The translations under genes and the position numbers were made by a program. A stretch of 64,000 nucleotides of DNA from Mycobacteriales bacterium (GTDB taxonomy: Bacteria > Actinomycetota > Actinomycetes > BP-191). Below, piece after piece: positions 19,211-28,729 of this stretch; the stretch's first letter is position 1; every line of letters starts with the position of its first letter. The notes below the pieces were generated by a model. That model saw only the letters and a program-made list of their open reading frames with translations, was not told where the DNA came from and made no database searches. The DNA lies in contig DATLOQ010000119.1 of assembly GCA_035536235.1 (NCBI GenBank), positions 9 through 64,008 of the forward strand. The letters run 5' to 3'.

Positions 19211-20440
19211 TCAGCCGACCTGCCAGCTCGCCGTCTCGACGAGCAGCTCCGCGCGGGGATGGGTCGGCAGGACCCACGGCGTCGTGTCGGCGACCTGCAC
19301 CTCGACGGTGAACGCGCCCCGTGGTCCCGCCTCCGTGCGGAGATCGAGCTCGGTCACGTCCCGGGCGACAACGCGACCGTCGATCGACCACGTGATGCGC
19401 AGCGTGCCGACTCGTGGCGTGGTGATACGCAAGGTCGCGCCGCGCCGCGCGGCGGCAGCCGGGGAAGCAGTCAGCAAGGGTCGGGCGAGCTCGTAGAAGC
19501 CGAGGACCATCTCCTCCCGACCGACGACGTTGAACTCGCGGCCGAGCGACCGCATGATCGAATTGGCACTGGGCCGGTAGTAGACAACCGGGTTGTAGCG
19601 GCCGCCGAGGTGGCTGCCGATCGTCCCTCCGTCCGGCGTGGACTGGCCGAACCAGCGCCACCACTTCAGCTGCTGCGGCACCATGACCTGCTCCGGGTAG
19701 ACCGTGGCGTTGGCCTCCGGTGCATCGCCGACGTGTGGAATGAGGTAAGGGCTGTCGTACTCGTCGGCGAGCTTGCCGATGGAATGTCCTAGCTCGTGGA
19801 TGGCGACCTGCCCGGCCTTGGCGTGGCCGCCGGATGCGGTAGCGACCTTGCCGCCGGCCCCGCCGTACTTGGCGCTGTTGCCGAGGGCCAGGACGTGGTC
19901 GACGTCAGGCACGAGCTCTTCCGCGGCGGCCAGTGCCTTGCTCTGGTTGACACAGAGCAGACGCTCAGTGCCATTGCACCAGAACTGCATGTCCAGCACG
20001 GTGTCGCGCGAGGTGCCGGGCAACGGGTCGTTGTCGACCCCGGACTCGGCCGAGACCACCTCGACCAGCCAGACGTTGAACACACCGCGGTAGCTGCGGA
20101 ACGGCTCGATCGAGAACAGCTCGTCCACTTTCGACGATGCATGCCTGTGGAACACGGGCTGCTCCGCCGCGGTGTAGCCGTCACCGACGACCACCAGGTC
20201 GAACGTCGTCTCGGCCGGCCCGGAGACCTGCAGCGGGACGACGCCGGTCGCCGCGGCCGCGGCCCGGCTTCGCTCTGCGGCGGACGTCTCGAGAGCCACC
20301 GGCACCCGCACACGCTCGATGCGGCCATCGGGACTGAAGACCTCGCGGACCTCATACGCCGGGGCCGCTGGCGGCTGCTCGGCGGCCGCCAGAGAGGACA
20401 CGGCGATGAGCGGCAGCGCGAAGACAGCGGCCAGCCTCAT
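19211..20440 (-). CDS. secreted M64-family (IgA-peptidase-like) zinc metallopeptidase
   Basis: Signal peptide and HELGHSIGKLADEY HExxH zinc motif typical of Peptidase_M64. Confidence 0.7.
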   Translation of the reverse strand: MRLAAVFALPLIAVSSLAAAEQPPAAPAYEVREVFSPDGRIERVRVPVALETSAAERSRAAAAATGVVPLQVSGPAETTFDLVVVGDGYTAAEQPVFHRHASSKVDELFSIEPFRSYRGVFNVWLVEVVSAESGVDNDPLPGTSRDTVLDMQFWCNGTERLLCVNQSKALAAAEELVPDVDHVLALGNSAKYGGAGGKVATASGGHAKAGQVAIHELGHSIGKLADEYDSPYLIPHVGDAPEANATVYPEQVMVPQQLKWWRWFGQSTPDGGTIGSHLGGRYNPVVYYRPSANSIMRSLGREFNVVGREEMVLGFYELARPLLTASPAAAARRGATLRITTPRVGTLRITWSIDGRVVARDVTELDLRTEAGPRGAFTVEVQVADTTPWVLPTHPRAELLVETASWQVG

Positions 20441-20507
20441 CCAGGCGGCTTCGGCACGCGCCCGGCGATTCCTTGTCGGGTCTGCTGTCGGGTTGCCGAC
20501 AGCAGGC

Positions 20508-20975
20508 TCAGGCGCCTGGGCGCAGGAGCGGCAGGGCCTCCTGATGGGTGACCCGCAGGACCGACTCGGCGACGTGCAGGAACGTCTCGGCGTCGCGCAG
20601 CAGGTCGTCGGCCTCTCGAGCGCTCACCTGCCCGACCAGCCCGGCCTCCGCGGCGGCTCTCTTGCGGGCTCCGGCCGCGAAGAAGCTGGCCCATTCGGCC
20701 AGCTCAGGAGCCACCCGGCTGAGCAGCACCCACACGCTGATGGGGCGACGTCGGGAGCCCGCGCGCTGGTCAGGCTGCGCCTTGGCCGCCACCACCGCAG
20801 CCGCCGCGCGCAGCGCGGCGAGGTGGGCGGCGGCGTAGCGCTGCGCGGCGTTGGGTGCCATCGCAGCCTCGGCGACCCCGCGCCGGGACAGCCCGAGCAG
20901 GCCGGCACTGTCTGGGCCGGTCCCGGCGCGAGCAGTGATCGACGCGACGGTCACGAAGCACCTCCAGGAACGCAC
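20508..20975 (-). CDS. SAV_6107-family HEPN domain protein (start probably internal)
   Basis: Matches from memory the actinobacterial SAV_6107 HEPN signature (RRGVAEAA...AQRYAAAHLAALRAAAAVVAAK...ISVWVLLSRVAPELAEWASFFAAGARKRAAAEAG). Confidence 0.6.
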   Translation of the reverse strand: MRSWRCFVTVASITARAGTGPDSAGLLGLSRRGVAEAAMAPNAAQRYAAAHLAALRAAAAVVAAKAQPDQRAGSRRRPISVWVLLSRVAPELAEWASFFAAGARKRAAAEAGLVGQVSAREADDLLRDAETFLHVAESVLRVTHQEALPLLRPGA

Positions 20976-21227
20976 CAGCGGAGCAGCGGGCTCGAGCGGC
21001 CGCCGGCCCGGGTGACGCGCTTCCCCACGCGCCCCCGAGCCGGCAGGTCCCGGCCGGCGGCCGCCCAGGGTCGAGACTGGGCAGCCGACCGGCCAAGAAA
21101 CCTCCGCTCACCGGCGGACGCGCCCCGCGAGAGCCCGCCGTCGGTTGATCGAACAGACGTTCGACCATGCTGGAGAGTAAAGCCTGGGTGGGACAAACCG
21201 TCAACCCCGCTCCCCTACGCTGGGTCG

Positions 21228-21959
21228 ATGCCAGATTTCGCCGGGCAGCCGGCTGTCGAGAGCGCCCCGCTGGTGGTGCTCCAGGTCTGGACCGTGGCAC
21301 TGTCCTCGGTGCCCCATGCCATCGCGCGGATGGCCCTGGACCGCCGACCCTTGCGTAGGACTCCCGGGCTGAGCTTCAGCAAGCTGCTGGGCACCGGCGA
21401 CGGGCAGAGCTTCACCGTGCGCGACGCCGACGTCCGCCGGTGGGGGCTGCTGTCTGTCTGGGCCTCCGACGCGGCGTACGACGACTTCCGCAGGTTCTCG
21501 GCCGTCCCCCGACGATGGACGCGGATCGCCGTCGAGGAGTGGGCGGTGAGCCTGCGGCCCCTGTCCAGTCGCGGCGAGTGGTCCGGCCGGGCACCGTTCG
21601 GCGAGCCGATCCCACGGCGCTACGACGGTCCGGTCGCCGCGATCACCCGCGCCCGGATCCGACCCACGAAGGCAATGACCTTCTGGAAGTCTGTGCCGGC
21701 GGTATCCGCCGACCTGCGCACAGGCGCGGGACTGCGCTGGGCCCTCGGCATCGGCGAGGCCCCCATCGGTCTGCAGGGCACGTTCTCCCTCTGGGACGAC
21801 GCCGCGGCGCTGCGGGACTTCGCCTACGGGCGCGCTGCGCACACCACAGCGATCACCCGCACGGCGGAAGTCGGCTGGTACGCAGAGGAGCTCTTCGCCC
21901 GGTTCGCTGTCGAGGCGAGCTGCGGCACGGTGGACGGGCGAGATCCGGCGCGCGTCTGA
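21228..21959 (+). CDS. CrtA-like protein (spheroidene monooxygenase family)
   Basis: Recalled similarity to Rhodobacter CrtA (TPGLSFSKLLGTGDG vs VPGLGFWKLMGSGTG; GTFSLWDDAAALRDFAY). First gene of a plus-strand carotenoid-modification operon. Confidence 0.6.
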   Translation: MPDFAGQPAVESAPLVVLQVWTVALSSVPHAIARMALDRRPLRRTPGLSFSKLLGTGDGQSFTVRDADVRRWGLLSVWASDAAYDDFRRFSAVPRRWTRIAVEEWAVSLRPLSSRGEWSGRAPFGEPIPRRYDGPVAAITRARIRPTKAMTFWKSVPAVSADLRTGAGLRWALGIGEAPIGLQGTFSLWDDAAALRDFAYGRAAHTTAITRTAEVGWYAEELFARFAVEASCGTVDGRDPARV

Positions 21960-22127
21960 GGGAATCGCTCGGTCTCGACAGGAGCGACTACGGGCCCGGG
22001 CAGCGCAGCGCCGCTGCCACCGCCGCCTGGCCGAGGCTGATCCCTCCGTCGTTGGGTGGGTGGATGCCCCTGCCGTCTCAGAAGCGGAGAGTAACGAACC
22101 CTGACGGAGTCCATAGACTCGTCCGAC

Positions 22128-23720
22128 ATGCGCGACGTCGTGGTGGTCGGAGCGGGGCACAACGCCCTGGTGGCGGCGTGCTACCTCGCGCGTGAGGGGC
22201 TCGACGTCGAGGTAGTCGAGCGCAGCGATGTCGTCGGCGGGGCGGTCTCCACCGTCGAGCGCTTCCCGGGTTACCTGATGGATCGCGGCTCGAGCGCGCA
22301 CATCATGATCCGGCACACCGGCATTCTCGAAGAGCTGCGACTCGCCGAGGCGGGGTTGACGTACCAGGACCTCGACCCGTGGGGCTTCGCGCCGTACGGC
22401 GAGGAGAGCATCTACTTCTCCGTCGACCTCGACCGCACGTGCGCGTCCATCGAGAAGGTGTGCGGGAGTCAGGACGCCGACGCCTACCGCGCCTTCGTCG
22501 ACGACTGGGCCGACCGCAACGAGCGAGTGTTCAGCGCCTTCCAGGCACCGCCGACAGGCGCCAACCTCGGCCGGCACCTGTGGGGCATCGGCAAGAGCAC
22601 CGGGCTCTCCGGCATGGAGCTGTCCCGGCAGTTCCTGACCACCGCGGACCAGCTGCTCGACACCCACTTCGACGACGAGCGCCTCAAGACCGCCCTCGCC
22701 TGGATGGGCGCGCAGTCCGGCCCGCCGACCCATGAAGTGGCGACCGCTGACCTCGTCGGCTGGAACACCCTCATGCATCGTCGCCCCCCGGGGCATCCGG
22801 TCGGCGGCAGCGGCCAGCTCTCCGTCGCCCTGGCCCGCCGCCTGGCGACGTACGGCGGGGTGCTGCGACTGGGCGACGGCGCGGCGCAGATCCGCACGCA
22901 GGACGGGCGGGCGACCGGCGTACGCACCATGAGCGGAGACACGATCGAGGCCGGCATCGTGGTAGCCGGATGCCACGTGCTGACCACCGTTGGCCTGGTG
23001 GGAGACGACGCCTCGGCCGGTCCGCGATGGCAGGAGCTGGCGCAGCGCGCGCGCCGTACGGTGCGCACCGGCAACGGCATCGGCATGGTCGTGCGGCTCG
23101 GGACAACCGACCTGCCCCGATACACCGCGGCGGATCCGGCACAGGACGGCGCGGAGCACCGGGCCATGCAGCTCATCGCACCGGACCGGGTGGCGTTGCG
23201 ACGAGCCCACGGCGAGTTCAGTGCGGGCCTCCCGCCGACCCGCCCGGCGGCGTTGGCGATGACCTTCTCCGCATTCGACGACACCATCGCGCCGCCCGGA
23301 AAACATAACGTGACCGTCTGGGGGCAGTGGCATCCCTACGAGCTCTCCAACGGTGAGAGCTGGGACGGCATCCGCGAGCGGGAGGGGCAGAAGCTCGTCG
23401 ACGCCGTCGACGCCGTCGCGCCTGGCTTCGCCAGCTCGGTGGAGCACATGCACGTCCAGACCCCGCTCGACCTGGAGCGCGAGCTCGGGCTGGTGCGTGG
23501 GCAGGTGATGCACGTCGAGATGGCGCTGGACCAGATGTTCGGGTGGCGCCCGCTCCCGGAGCTCGCCGGCTACCGCACCCCGCTCGGCGGGCTCTACCTC
23601 ACCGGTGCGTCCACTCACCCCGGCGGCGGGGTCTTCGGCGCCAGCGGTCGCTCCGCGGCCCGCATCGTCCTCGCCGACCGCTCCCCCAGCCTCCTCACCC
23701 GCTTGCGCCCCCGCCGCTGA
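22128..23720 (+). CDS. crtO: CrtO-type carotenoid 4-ketolase (CrtI-family FAD oxidoreductase)
   Basis: N-terminal VVVVGAGHNALVAACYLA and C-terminal MHVEMALDQMFGWRPLPELAGYRTPLGGLYLTGASTHPGGGV closely match, from memory, Synechocystis/Rhodococcus CrtO. Confidence 0.7.
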   Translation: MRDVVVVGAGHNALVAACYLAREGLDVEVVERSDVVGGAVSTVERFPGYLMDRGSSAHIMIRHTGILEELRLAEAGLTYQDLDPWGFAPYGEESIYFSVDLDRTCASIEKVCGSQDADAYRAFVDDWADRNERVFSAFQAPPTGANLGRHLWGIGKSTGLSGMELSRQFLTTADQLLDTHFDDERLKTALAWMGAQSGPPTHEVATADLVGWNTLMHRRPPGHPVGGSGQLSVALARRLATYGGVLRLGDGAAQIRTQDGRATGVRTMSGDTIEAGIVVAGCHVLTTVGLVGDDASAGPRWQELAQRARRTVRTGNGIGMVVRLGTTDLPRYTAADPAQDGAEHRAMQLIAPDRVALRRAHGEFSAGLPPTRPAALAMTFSAFDDTIAPPGKHNVTVWGQWHPYELSNGESWDGIREREGQKLVDAVDAVAPGFASSVEHMHVQTPLDLERELGLVRGQVMHVEMALDQMFGWRPLPELAGYRTPLGGLYLTGASTHPGGGVFGASGRSAARIVLADRSPSLLTRLRPRR

Positions 23721-23874
23721 TCGAGCCGCAGCAGCGACCAGCCAGACACGCAACCGGCGGCTCGGAGTCCTGCGTGGTGCTGAGGTGGCGGGTCGGTGGC
23801 GGGTGCCGGCTCCGGTTGTGTGGGGCTGTGGTCGCTCCCGTCTCGGGAGAGGCGCCTTGCGTATCGTGCCTGCC

Positions 23875-24645
23875 ATGTCTCGAACGACCGGGTTGCGTGG
23901 TACCTGGCTGCTCGCCGGACTCACCGTGCTGGCTCAGATCGGCTATCCGCTGACCTCCGGTACGGCGCGCGACCGGCTCACCGTCGCGACGGTGGCCTTG
24001 TTCTTCGCCACCTCGGTGACCCACGCGCTGATCACTCGGGGGGCCCGCTTCACGGCGGCCCTCGTCGGGGTGACGACGGGCGGCGGCCTGCTCGTCGAGG
24101 CGATCGGAGTGCGCACGGGCATCCCGTTCGGCGACTACGCCTACGCCGACTCCCTCGGCGCGAAGGTCCTCGGCGTGCCGGTCGTCATCCCGCTGGCGTG
24201 GACGATGATGGCCTACCCGGCGCTGCTGGTGGCTCATCGCGTGACGACCCGGCCGCTGCTCGAGGCCGTGCTTGCCGGGGCCGCCCTGGCCAGCTGGGAT
24301 CTCTTCCTCGACCCGCAGATGGTTGCCGCCGGGCACTGGATCTGGTCCGCGAGCGGCCCGTCGATCACCGGGATCCCCGTCAGCAACTACCTCGGCTGGC
24401 TGGTGGTCGCCACCGTCATGATGGGCTTGCTCCAGCAGCTCGTCAGGGACCGTGACGGCGGCGACGTCGCAGTCCCTTATGCGCTGTACCTCTGGACGTA
24501 CGCCTCGAGCGTGCTGGCCAACCTGGCCTTCTTCGGCCGGCCGCTGGTCGCCCTCGTCGGCGGGTTGGGCATGGGAGCTGTAGTGGCAATCTTCCTGCGG
24601 TCGACGCTGCACGCACCAGCTCGAGCTCGACTCGCCACTCCATGA
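23875..24645 (+). CDS. cruF: carotenoid biosynthesis membrane protein, CruF-like (carotenoid 1',2'-hydratase family)
   Basis: ~256-aa polytopic membrane protein in the carotenoid operon. CruF-family context, followed by a glycosyltransferase. Confidence 0.6.
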   Translation: MSRTTGLRGTWLLAGLTVLAQIGYPLTSGTARDRLTVATVALFFATSVTHALITRGARFTAALVGVTTGGGLLVEAIGVRTGIPFGDYAYADSLGAKVLGVPVVIPLAWTMMAYPALLVAHRVTTRPLLEAVLAGAALASWDLFLDPQMVAAGHWIWSASGPSITGIPVSNYLGWLVVATVMMGLLQQLVRDRDGGDVAVPYALYLWTYASSVLANLAFFGRPLVALVGGLGMGAVVAIFLRSTLHAPARARLATP

Positions 24646-25787
24646 GTCTTGCCGTGCGCGCCGCCTCCATTGGCGCCGCCGCCTTCGCCGTGCACGCCGC
24701 GGTCAACAGCCGCGCACTTCGCCGGCCACCGACGCCTTCCGACTCGGTAGGAGAGCGAGTCAGCGTGCTGCTGCCGGCGCGTGACGAGGCGACCCGCATC
24801 GGTCCGACGCTGCGGGCGCTGCTCGCCCAGACCGGTGTCCCTCGGCTGGAGATCCTCGTGCTCGACGACGGCTCCACCGACGCGACCGCGGACGTGGTGC
24901 GCGCCACGGCCGGCGACGACCCCCGGGTGCGCCTCATCGAAGGCGGCACCGAAGTCCCGGCCGGCTGGCTGGGCAAGCCGTGGGCTTGCGCGCGGCTGGC
25001 TGACGCGGCAGGTCCTGCCGCGACGGTGCTGGTGTTCCTCGACGCCGACGTCACCGTCGCGCCCGACGGACTGGCCCGCACCGTGGCCCTGCTCCGTGAC
25101 GCGCGGCTGCAGCTCGTCTCGCCCTATCCGCGCCAGCTCGCCGACGGGATCGGCCCGCGGCTGGTGCAGCCCCTGCTGCAGTGGTCCTGGCTGAGCTTCC
25201 TCCCGCTGCGCGCGGCCGAGCACTCGGCACGCGAGTCGCTCGCCGTAGCCAACGGACAGCTGCTCGCGGTCGACGCCGACGCGTACCGCACCTGGGGCGG
25301 GCACGCCGCCGTACGGTCCGACGTCATCGAAGACGTCGCGCTCGCCCGGGCGGCGAAGCGTCACGGCTACCGCGCCACCGTTGCTGACGGCACCGACATC
25401 GCCACCTGTCGGATGTACGACGACTGGCCCGCTTTGTGCGAGGGCTACACGAAGAGCCTGTGGGCTGCCTTCGGCTCCCCCGCCGGCGCGACCGCGGTGA
25501 TGTCGTCCCTCCTGGCCCTCTACGTGCTTCCCCCCGCCGCAGCAGTCAGCTCGCTGCTGCGCGGTCGGCCGCGCGCCGCCGTCGTACCGCTGCTCGGCTA
25601 CGCCGCCGGCGTGGCCGGGCGGCTGGTCAGCGCCCGCCGTACCGGGGGGCGTTCGCGCGATGCTCTCGCTCATCCGGCCTCGATCGCCGTGCTCGCCGGG
25701 CTGACCGCGCGGAGCTGGCACGCGCGACGCACCGGCACCTTGACCTGGCGCGGCCGATCCCTCGACGCCGCCAGCACTGCTCGCTGA
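24642..25787 (+). CDS. family-2 glycosyltransferase (carotenoid glycosyltransferase, CruC/CrtX-like)
   Basis: GT-A DxD region (LVLDDGSTD ... FLDADV); ATGA-coupled to cruF; a paralog sits at 41867-42976. Confidence 0.7.
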   Translation: MSLAVRAASIGAAAFAVHAAVNSRALRRPPTPSDSVGERVSVLLPARDEATRIGPTLRALLAQTGVPRLEILVLDDGSTDATADVVRATAGDDPRVRLIEGGTEVPAGWLGKPWACARLADAAGPAATVLVFLDADVTVAPDGLARTVALLRDARLQLVSPYPRQLADGIGPRLVQPLLQWSWLSFLPLRAAEHSARESLAVANGQLLAVDADAYRTWGGHAAVRSDVIEDVALARAAKRHGYRATVADGTDIATCRMYDDWPALCEGYTKSLWAAFGSPAGATAVMSSLLALYVLPPAAAVSSLLRGRPRAAVVPLLGYAAGVAGRLVSARRTGGRSRDALAHPASIAVLAGLTARSWHARRTGTLTWRGRSLDAASTAR

Positions 25788-27283
25788 TGGCGCGCATCGT
25801 CGTGATCGGTGCCGGTGTCGGCGGGCTCTCCGCCGCCGCCCGCCTCGCGGCGCTCGGACACCAGGTCACCGTGTGCGAGCAGGCCCCCGAGGTCGGCGGC
25901 AAGCTCGGTCTGCATGAGCGCGACGGATTCCGCTTCGACACCGGACCGTCGCTGCTGACGATGCCGCACCTGCTGCGCGAGCTCTTCGACGACACCGGGA
26001 GCACCCTCGACGAGGCCGTCACGCTGCGTCCGGTGGTGCCCATCGCGCACTACCGCTTCGCCGACGGCGCCGAGCTCGACTCAACCGGCGACCTCGACGC
26101 GTTCGCGGCCACCCTCGACGACGTGCTGGCTCCCGGCAGCGGCGCGGACTGGCGCCGGATTATGGCCCGCGCCGAGCAGATCTGGGCGGCCACCCACGAG
26201 GACTTCCTCGAGAGCGCGCTGGAGGGTTCACGCACTCTGCTGCGCCAAGCGACGCGAGTAGGGGACCTGCGGACGGTCGCGCCGTGGACCACGCTGCGCG
26301 GGCTCGGTCGCCGCTACCTGCGTGACCCCCGGCTGCGGATGCTCCTCGACCGCTACGCGACCTACACCGGCTCGGACCCGCGCCGCGCGCCGGCCGCGCT
26401 GGCCGTCGTGCCGTGGGTCGAGCAGACCTTCGGCGGGTGGTACGTCGAAGGCGGGCTCTCCCGCATCGGCGAGGCGATCCGCGACCGGGTGCTCGAGCGC
26501 GGCGCCGTCGTCCGGACCGGCGCAGACGTCGTCGAGGTGCGCATCGAGGGCGGCCGGGTGCGTGGGGTGCGCCTCGCCGACGGAGAGCTGCTGCCGGCCG
26601 ACCTGGTGGTCGCCAACGCCGACGCGACGCACCTCTATCGCGACCTCGTCTCCGACCCGCGCACGGCCGCCGTACGGCGACGCCTCGCCCGGGCCACGCC
26701 GAGCCTGTCCGGGTTCGTGCTGCTGCTCGGCCTGCGTGGGCGCACCCCCGACCTCGCCCACCACACCGTGCTGTTCCCGCGGAACTACGACGCGGAGTTC
26801 GACTCGCTCTTCGGCGCGACGCCGCGGCCGGTGCTGGACCCGACGATCTACCTGTCCGTGCCGACTGACGCGGCCATCGCGCCGCCTGGACACGAGGCGT
26901 GGTTCGTCCTGGTCAACGCGCCTCGACAAGGCCAGGCCGGTCGCGACGGGCCAGTCGTCGACTGGGGCGCTCCCGGCGTCGCCGACGCGTATGCCGAGCA
27001 CCTGCTCGACCTGCTGCGCGACCGCGGCCACGACGTGCGCGAGCGGATCGTGAGCCGCACCCTCATCAGCCCGGTCGACCTCGAGCGCCGTACCCGAGCG
27101 GTCGGCGGTGCCATCTACGGCACCAGCTCGAACGGCGTGCGCGCTGCCTTCCTGCGCCCGGCCAACCGCTCACCGGTGCCCGGGATGTACCTCGTCGGCG
27201 GCTCGGCTCACCCCGGCGGCGGGCTCCCGTTGGTGCTGCTCTCCGCCCGCATCGTGGCCGGACTCGTCGGCCCGGCCGGCTGA
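25787..27283 (+). CDS. phytoene-desaturase-family oxidoreductase (CrtD-like carotenoid 3,4-desaturase candidate)
   Basis: MARIVVIGAGVGGLSAAARLA FAD fold and C-terminal CrtI-family motif GMYLVGGSAHPGGGLP; TGATG overlap with the GT2 gene. Confidence 0.7.
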   Translation: MARIVVIGAGVGGLSAAARLAALGHQVTVCEQAPEVGGKLGLHERDGFRFDTGPSLLTMPHLLRELFDDTGSTLDEAVTLRPVVPIAHYRFADGAELDSTGDLDAFAATLDDVLAPGSGADWRRIMARAEQIWAATHEDFLESALEGSRTLLRQATRVGDLRTVAPWTTLRGLGRRYLRDPRLRMLLDRYATYTGSDPRRAPAALAVVPWVEQTFGGWYVEGGLSRIGEAIRDRVLERGAVVRTGADVVEVRIEGGRVRGVRLADGELLPADLVVANADATHLYRDLVSDPRTAAVRRRLARATPSLSGFVLLLGLRGRTPDLAHHTVLFPRNYDAEFDSLFGATPRPVLDPTIYLSVPTDAAIAPPGHEAWFVLVNAPRQGQAGRDGPVVDWGAPGVADAYAEHLLDLLRDRGHDVRERIVSRTLISPVDLERRTRAVGGAIYGTSSNGVRAAFLRPANRSPVPGMYLVGGSAHPGGGLPLVLLSARIVAGLVGPAG

Positions 27284-28020
27284 CCGAGCAGGGCCCGGCG
27301 AACGGCGATCGCCAGCTGGACGACCGAGAACGCGCACAGCCCCCCGACTGCGGCCAGCCCGAGGGTCGGGAGCACCGGTGCCGCGGCGGGAAAGATGCCG
27401 GTGAAGTGGATGGTCGGGGAGCACAGCGCCACCCGGGTCGGCCGCTCCCCCGGCGTCACGACGCCGATGTCGCCCGCTCCAGCGTTGCCGGCGCGTGCCC
27501 GTAGGTACTCCAGCAGGAACAACGCCAGCCCGGTCAGGACGGCCAGCTCCAGCGGCCCGCCGAGCGCGACGATCGCGGCCAGGTAGAGAACGTCGCAGAT
27601 CCGGTCGGTGAGGCTGTCGAGGACGTAACCCCACTGCGATGTGCGCCGGGTGAGCACCGCGACGCAGCCATCCAGCGCGTCAAGCAGGCCACTGCCCACC
27701 ACCAGCCAACCGGCCAGGATCGGCCACCGACCGCCGGCCTCCGCGCCGACGTAGACGGCGAAGGCCAGCCACACCCCCCAGATGGTGAGCAGGTCAGGAA
27801 GCACGCCGCGACGAGCCAGCGGGCGGGCGATCGTGTAGGCGATTGTCAGCCAGCCGTGGGTGAAGGCATTGCCACGCGGGTCGTAGCCCTCGTGCAGCGT
27901 GCTCCACCGGGTGAAGTAGCCGTCCAGGTCCGGCACCGCCTCGTCCGGCGGGCGCGCGGTGGCCAGGCTCAGCACGACCAGCAGGGCGGCGAGGCCGAGC
28001 AGCACTAGGGGCTGGGTCAC
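27208..28020 (-). CDS. CDP-alcohol phosphatidyltransferase family protein
   Basis: Membrane protein with a D-x2-DG-x2-AR-x8-G-x3-D-x3-D type region (DALDGCVAVLTRRTSQWGYVLDSLTDRICD). Its 3' end overlaps the crtD-like 3' end by 76 nt (convergent). Confidence 0.6.
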   Translation of the reverse strand: MTQPLVLLGLAALLVVLSLATARPPDEAVPDLDGYFTRWSTLHEGYDPRGNAFTHGWLTIAYTIARPLARRGVLPDLLTIWGVWLAFAVYVGAEAGGRWPILAGWLVVGSGLLDALDGCVAVLTRRTSQWGYVLDSLTDRICDVLYLAAIVALGGPLELAVLTGLALFLLEYLRARAGNAGAGDIGVVTPGERPTRVALCSPTIHFTGIFPAAAPVLPTLGLAAVGGLCAFSVVQLAIAVRRALLGQPAGPTSPATMRAESSTNGSPPPG

Positions 28021-28182
28021 CAGCGCACCCTACGGTCATCACCAGCAGCGGCGTACGGCGCGGCGGCGCCCTGCGAGAACGGTCTTGCCGCACGGCCGTT
28101 CGACGTAGGACGGTGCCCTCATGAGATCACGCGTGCATCACGTCCCCGCCGGCTTTGCGGGCCCCGATGCCCTCGGCACCTG

Positions 28183-28716
28183 GTGGGCGCACCGCCGGCA
28201 AGGCTGCCGGCCATGAACCGGCCGATGCCTCCGGTGTGCACGGCCGGCGAGCGACCGATGCTCGAGGCGATGCTCGACTGGTACCGCGCGGGGGTGCTGA
28301 GCAAGGTCGCCGGGATGAGCCAGGCCGACGCGACCTCGACGCCGCTGCCGTCGCCGACCACCGCGGCGGGGCTCGTGAAGCACCTGGCGCTGGTGGAGGA
28401 CTTCTGGTTCACGGTCGGCATCGGCAAGGCGGCCATCCCCGAGCCCTGGGCCGGCGTGGACTTCACGGTCGACCCGGACTGGGAGTTCCGCACGGCCACC
28501 GAGGCACCGCTCGCGGAGTCCGTGGCGCTCTACGTGCAGGCGTGCGAGCGGTCGCGGGCCGTCAACGCCAATCACTCGCTCGACGACATCGGCACCGACC
28601 GCCGTGGCGATTTCACGCTGCGCTGGGTGCTGGTGCACATGCTCGAGGAGACGGCCCGACATCTCGGCCACCTCGACATCCTCCGCGAGCTCGCCGACGG
28701 CACTACCGGCGAATAG
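28183..28716 (+). CDS. DinB_2/DUF664 family protein (mycothiol-dependent-enzyme-like four-helix bundle)
   Basis: Sequence pattern WYRAGVLSKVAGMS...LVKHLALVEDFWF typical of DUF664. The start could be an internal Met. Confidence 0.55.
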   Translation: MGAPPARLPAMNRPMPPVCTAGERPMLEAMLDWYRAGVLSKVAGMSQADATSTPLPSPTTAAGLVKHLALVEDFWFTVGIGKAAIPEPWAGVDFTVDPDWEFRTATEAPLAESVALYVQACERSRAVNANHSLDDIGTDRRGDFTLRWVLVHMLEETARHLGHLDILRELADGTTGE

Positions 28717-28729
28717 CGCTAGAGGATCG

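Noticed and set aside
20319-21959. 546-aa plus ORF spanning the HEPN gene region into crtA-like
   Set aside because: Only the last 243 codons (from ATG 21228) are protein-like (CrtA family). The upstream part is antisense to the HEPN gene and low-complexity.
21201-23924. 907-aa minus-strand ORF antisense to the crtA-like/crtO/cruF genes
   Set aside because: Arg/Gly/Ala/Pro-rich low-complexity translation typical of the antisense frame in ~70% GC DNA. The sense-strand genes have clear family signatures.
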